Part shown: positions 62,601 through 64,000 of the stretch, piece after piece
Position numbering within the stretch: position 1 is the stretch's first letter
How the letters are laid out: every line of letters begins with the position of its first letter
Assembly (NCBI RefSeq): GCF_036321535.1
Contig: NC_087458.1
Coordinates: forward strand, 7,626,001-7,690,000
DNA length: 64,000 bases
Direction of reading: 5' to 3'
Source of the DNA: Camelus dromedarius
Taxonomy: Eukaryota
Notes under the pieces: generated by a model
The model's input: only the letters and a program-made list of their open reading frames with translations
What the model was told of the DNA's origin: nothing
The model's database searches: none
Position numbers and translations under genes: made by a program

Positions 62601-64000
62601 AACTAAATCATCCCTTCCAGTCCCCAGAGATCTGCCTCCTCTGCAGACCCCCTCTCCCCTTGCCACATTTCCAGCTGTTCATCTACCTGCTCACCGCCAC
62701 TGGATGGGGCATTGCTCGAAGACAGAGGCTGTGTGTTGCTTACTGCAAACAGTAAAAGCCCAATCAGGCTTTCTTCCCTCCTTGCTCCCACCTTGCTCCT
62801 GCCTCACTCCCTCGTCTCTCACCTCCAGCCTTGGGCTTCCAGAGCAGGACGTGTGGCAAGGAGCCCTTGGTCCATTTTACCTCAGTTGGACCCAGTTGAC
62901 CAGGATGCGGAGGAGTGGTAGGTGGCCTGGCAGGCAGGGCTGGGCCCCTGAGGGGCCTTCCGAGGGAGCCAGTCTGCTCTCAGCAGGCCTGTCTGGGTTT
63001 CCTCTCCGGCCCAGCCTGGCCTCTGCACCCCCTCCCCAACCACTTATGTCCGGAGAAGTGGCCCAAGGCAGCCCAGGAGCGCCTGGGAAGGGCCCCTCCC
63101 CCACACACCTGCTTTTCCCCTATTTTTCTCTACTCAGACTTCAATGTCTTGACTTTTTCCTGCAGCTTTTGAAGGAAGGATCCACCAAGACTTTAGTCAC
63201 CCCCAGTCCAGGAAAAAAGAAGAGGGGAAAAAAAAGTCCTGAAAACAAAACCCCTACAACAACCTTAAAGTAGGAGAGATTGGTTGGAAGGCTTTTAATC
63301 CCTTAATCCCTCTCAGATGGGCCTTGAGACGCTAATGATTTTCCTAATTATTCCCTCCCATTTTCCCATCACCCTGTAAGGACTTTCGAGAGGAGTGAAA
63401 TTCCGAGCTAGCGGGTGTGGGATGAATGGTGGGCCCACCTCCCCCCAAACCGAGCCCAGAGTCCCGGTGGCTGGAGAGGTGGGGGAAGGGCCAGGAGTGC
63501 CCCAGCTGGGGGCTCGGGCTTCCCTGCCCCTGCCACTCGGGTGCAAGGCATACAAGGCGGGCCTGGGACAATGGGGCTGTCGGGGGCTGCCTGAGAGGAC
63601 CAGGTGTGGGGCTGGGGTCCCCTCGGTGTGAATGGCCCATTATCCTGCCTAGAGGATGAGAGTTGAAGGTCTCTTTGTGTCCCCCAGAAAAGGCCCCTCT
63701 GGGTGATAATCACCCTGGGAGGGAGGTGGAGGTGGTGATAAGGGTCTTTAAAGGAGGCCAAGCCTCCTCAGAGAACAGTTGGCCATTCAGGCCTTTGGCC
63801 CTTCTCTTGTTTCCACCAGCCTGGGATCCTGTGGCCCATCCATAGGCATCAGGGTGAGGGGTAAGCTAGCAAACATGGCCAAGCTCTGGGCTCGAGCCTC
63901 TGCCCCTTCACCATGGCCTGCTAGACTAAGTTTGGGGGTAGGCTTCTGCAGGAAACCACCCCCAGACCCTCTTCCCAATCCCCACCTGGCCTTGGGTATC

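Noticed and set aside
62575-63273. 232-aa ORF and other long ORFs at 58500-63900
   Set aside because: Non-ATG starts, low-complexity Pro/Gly/Ser composition typical of GC-rich non-coding DNA, no known homology and no splice-consistent structure.
56000-64000. miR-9-1 hairpin or C1orf61/MIR9-1HG coding exons
   Set aside because: Neither TCTTTGGTTATCTAGCTGTATGA nor its reverse complement was seen; probably beyond the right edge.

Overview
Mammalian genomic DNA, very probably a camelid (four tRNA-Ala-derived Vic-1-type SINEs). The window is syntenic with human 1q22. Gene order: SMG5 (-, 5' three coding exons) <> TMEM79 (+) >< GLMP (-) < CCT3 (-) <> TSACC (+) > RHBG (+), followed by about 8 kb of GC-rich non-coding DNA heading towards the MIR9-1 host locus (miR-9 itself not seen). 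I walked the exons by hand from splice sites and reading frame. TMEM79 (395 aa), GLMP (406 aa), TSACC (125 or 132 aa) and RHBG (458 aa) are intact. CCT3 is intact except that the end of exon 12 falls in an N gap. Items not shown by the ORF track: (1) a full-length ATP5MJ/ATP5MPL (MP68) processed pseudogene with a perfect 13-bp target-site duplication, nested in an old L2; (2) a solo ERV1 LTR about 600 bp upstream of, and in sense with, GLMP; (3) a divergent array of strong CTCF motifs; (4) an orphan CpG island with SOX and octamer motifs, plus homeobox-site clusters, downstream of RHBG; (5) an open, in-frame TMEM79 intron 2; (6) an apparently shifted TSACC splice acceptor. I found no evidence of a wholly new multi-gene system. 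Orthologue comparisons and repeat-family names are from memory of the human proteins and repeat consensuses, not from searches.
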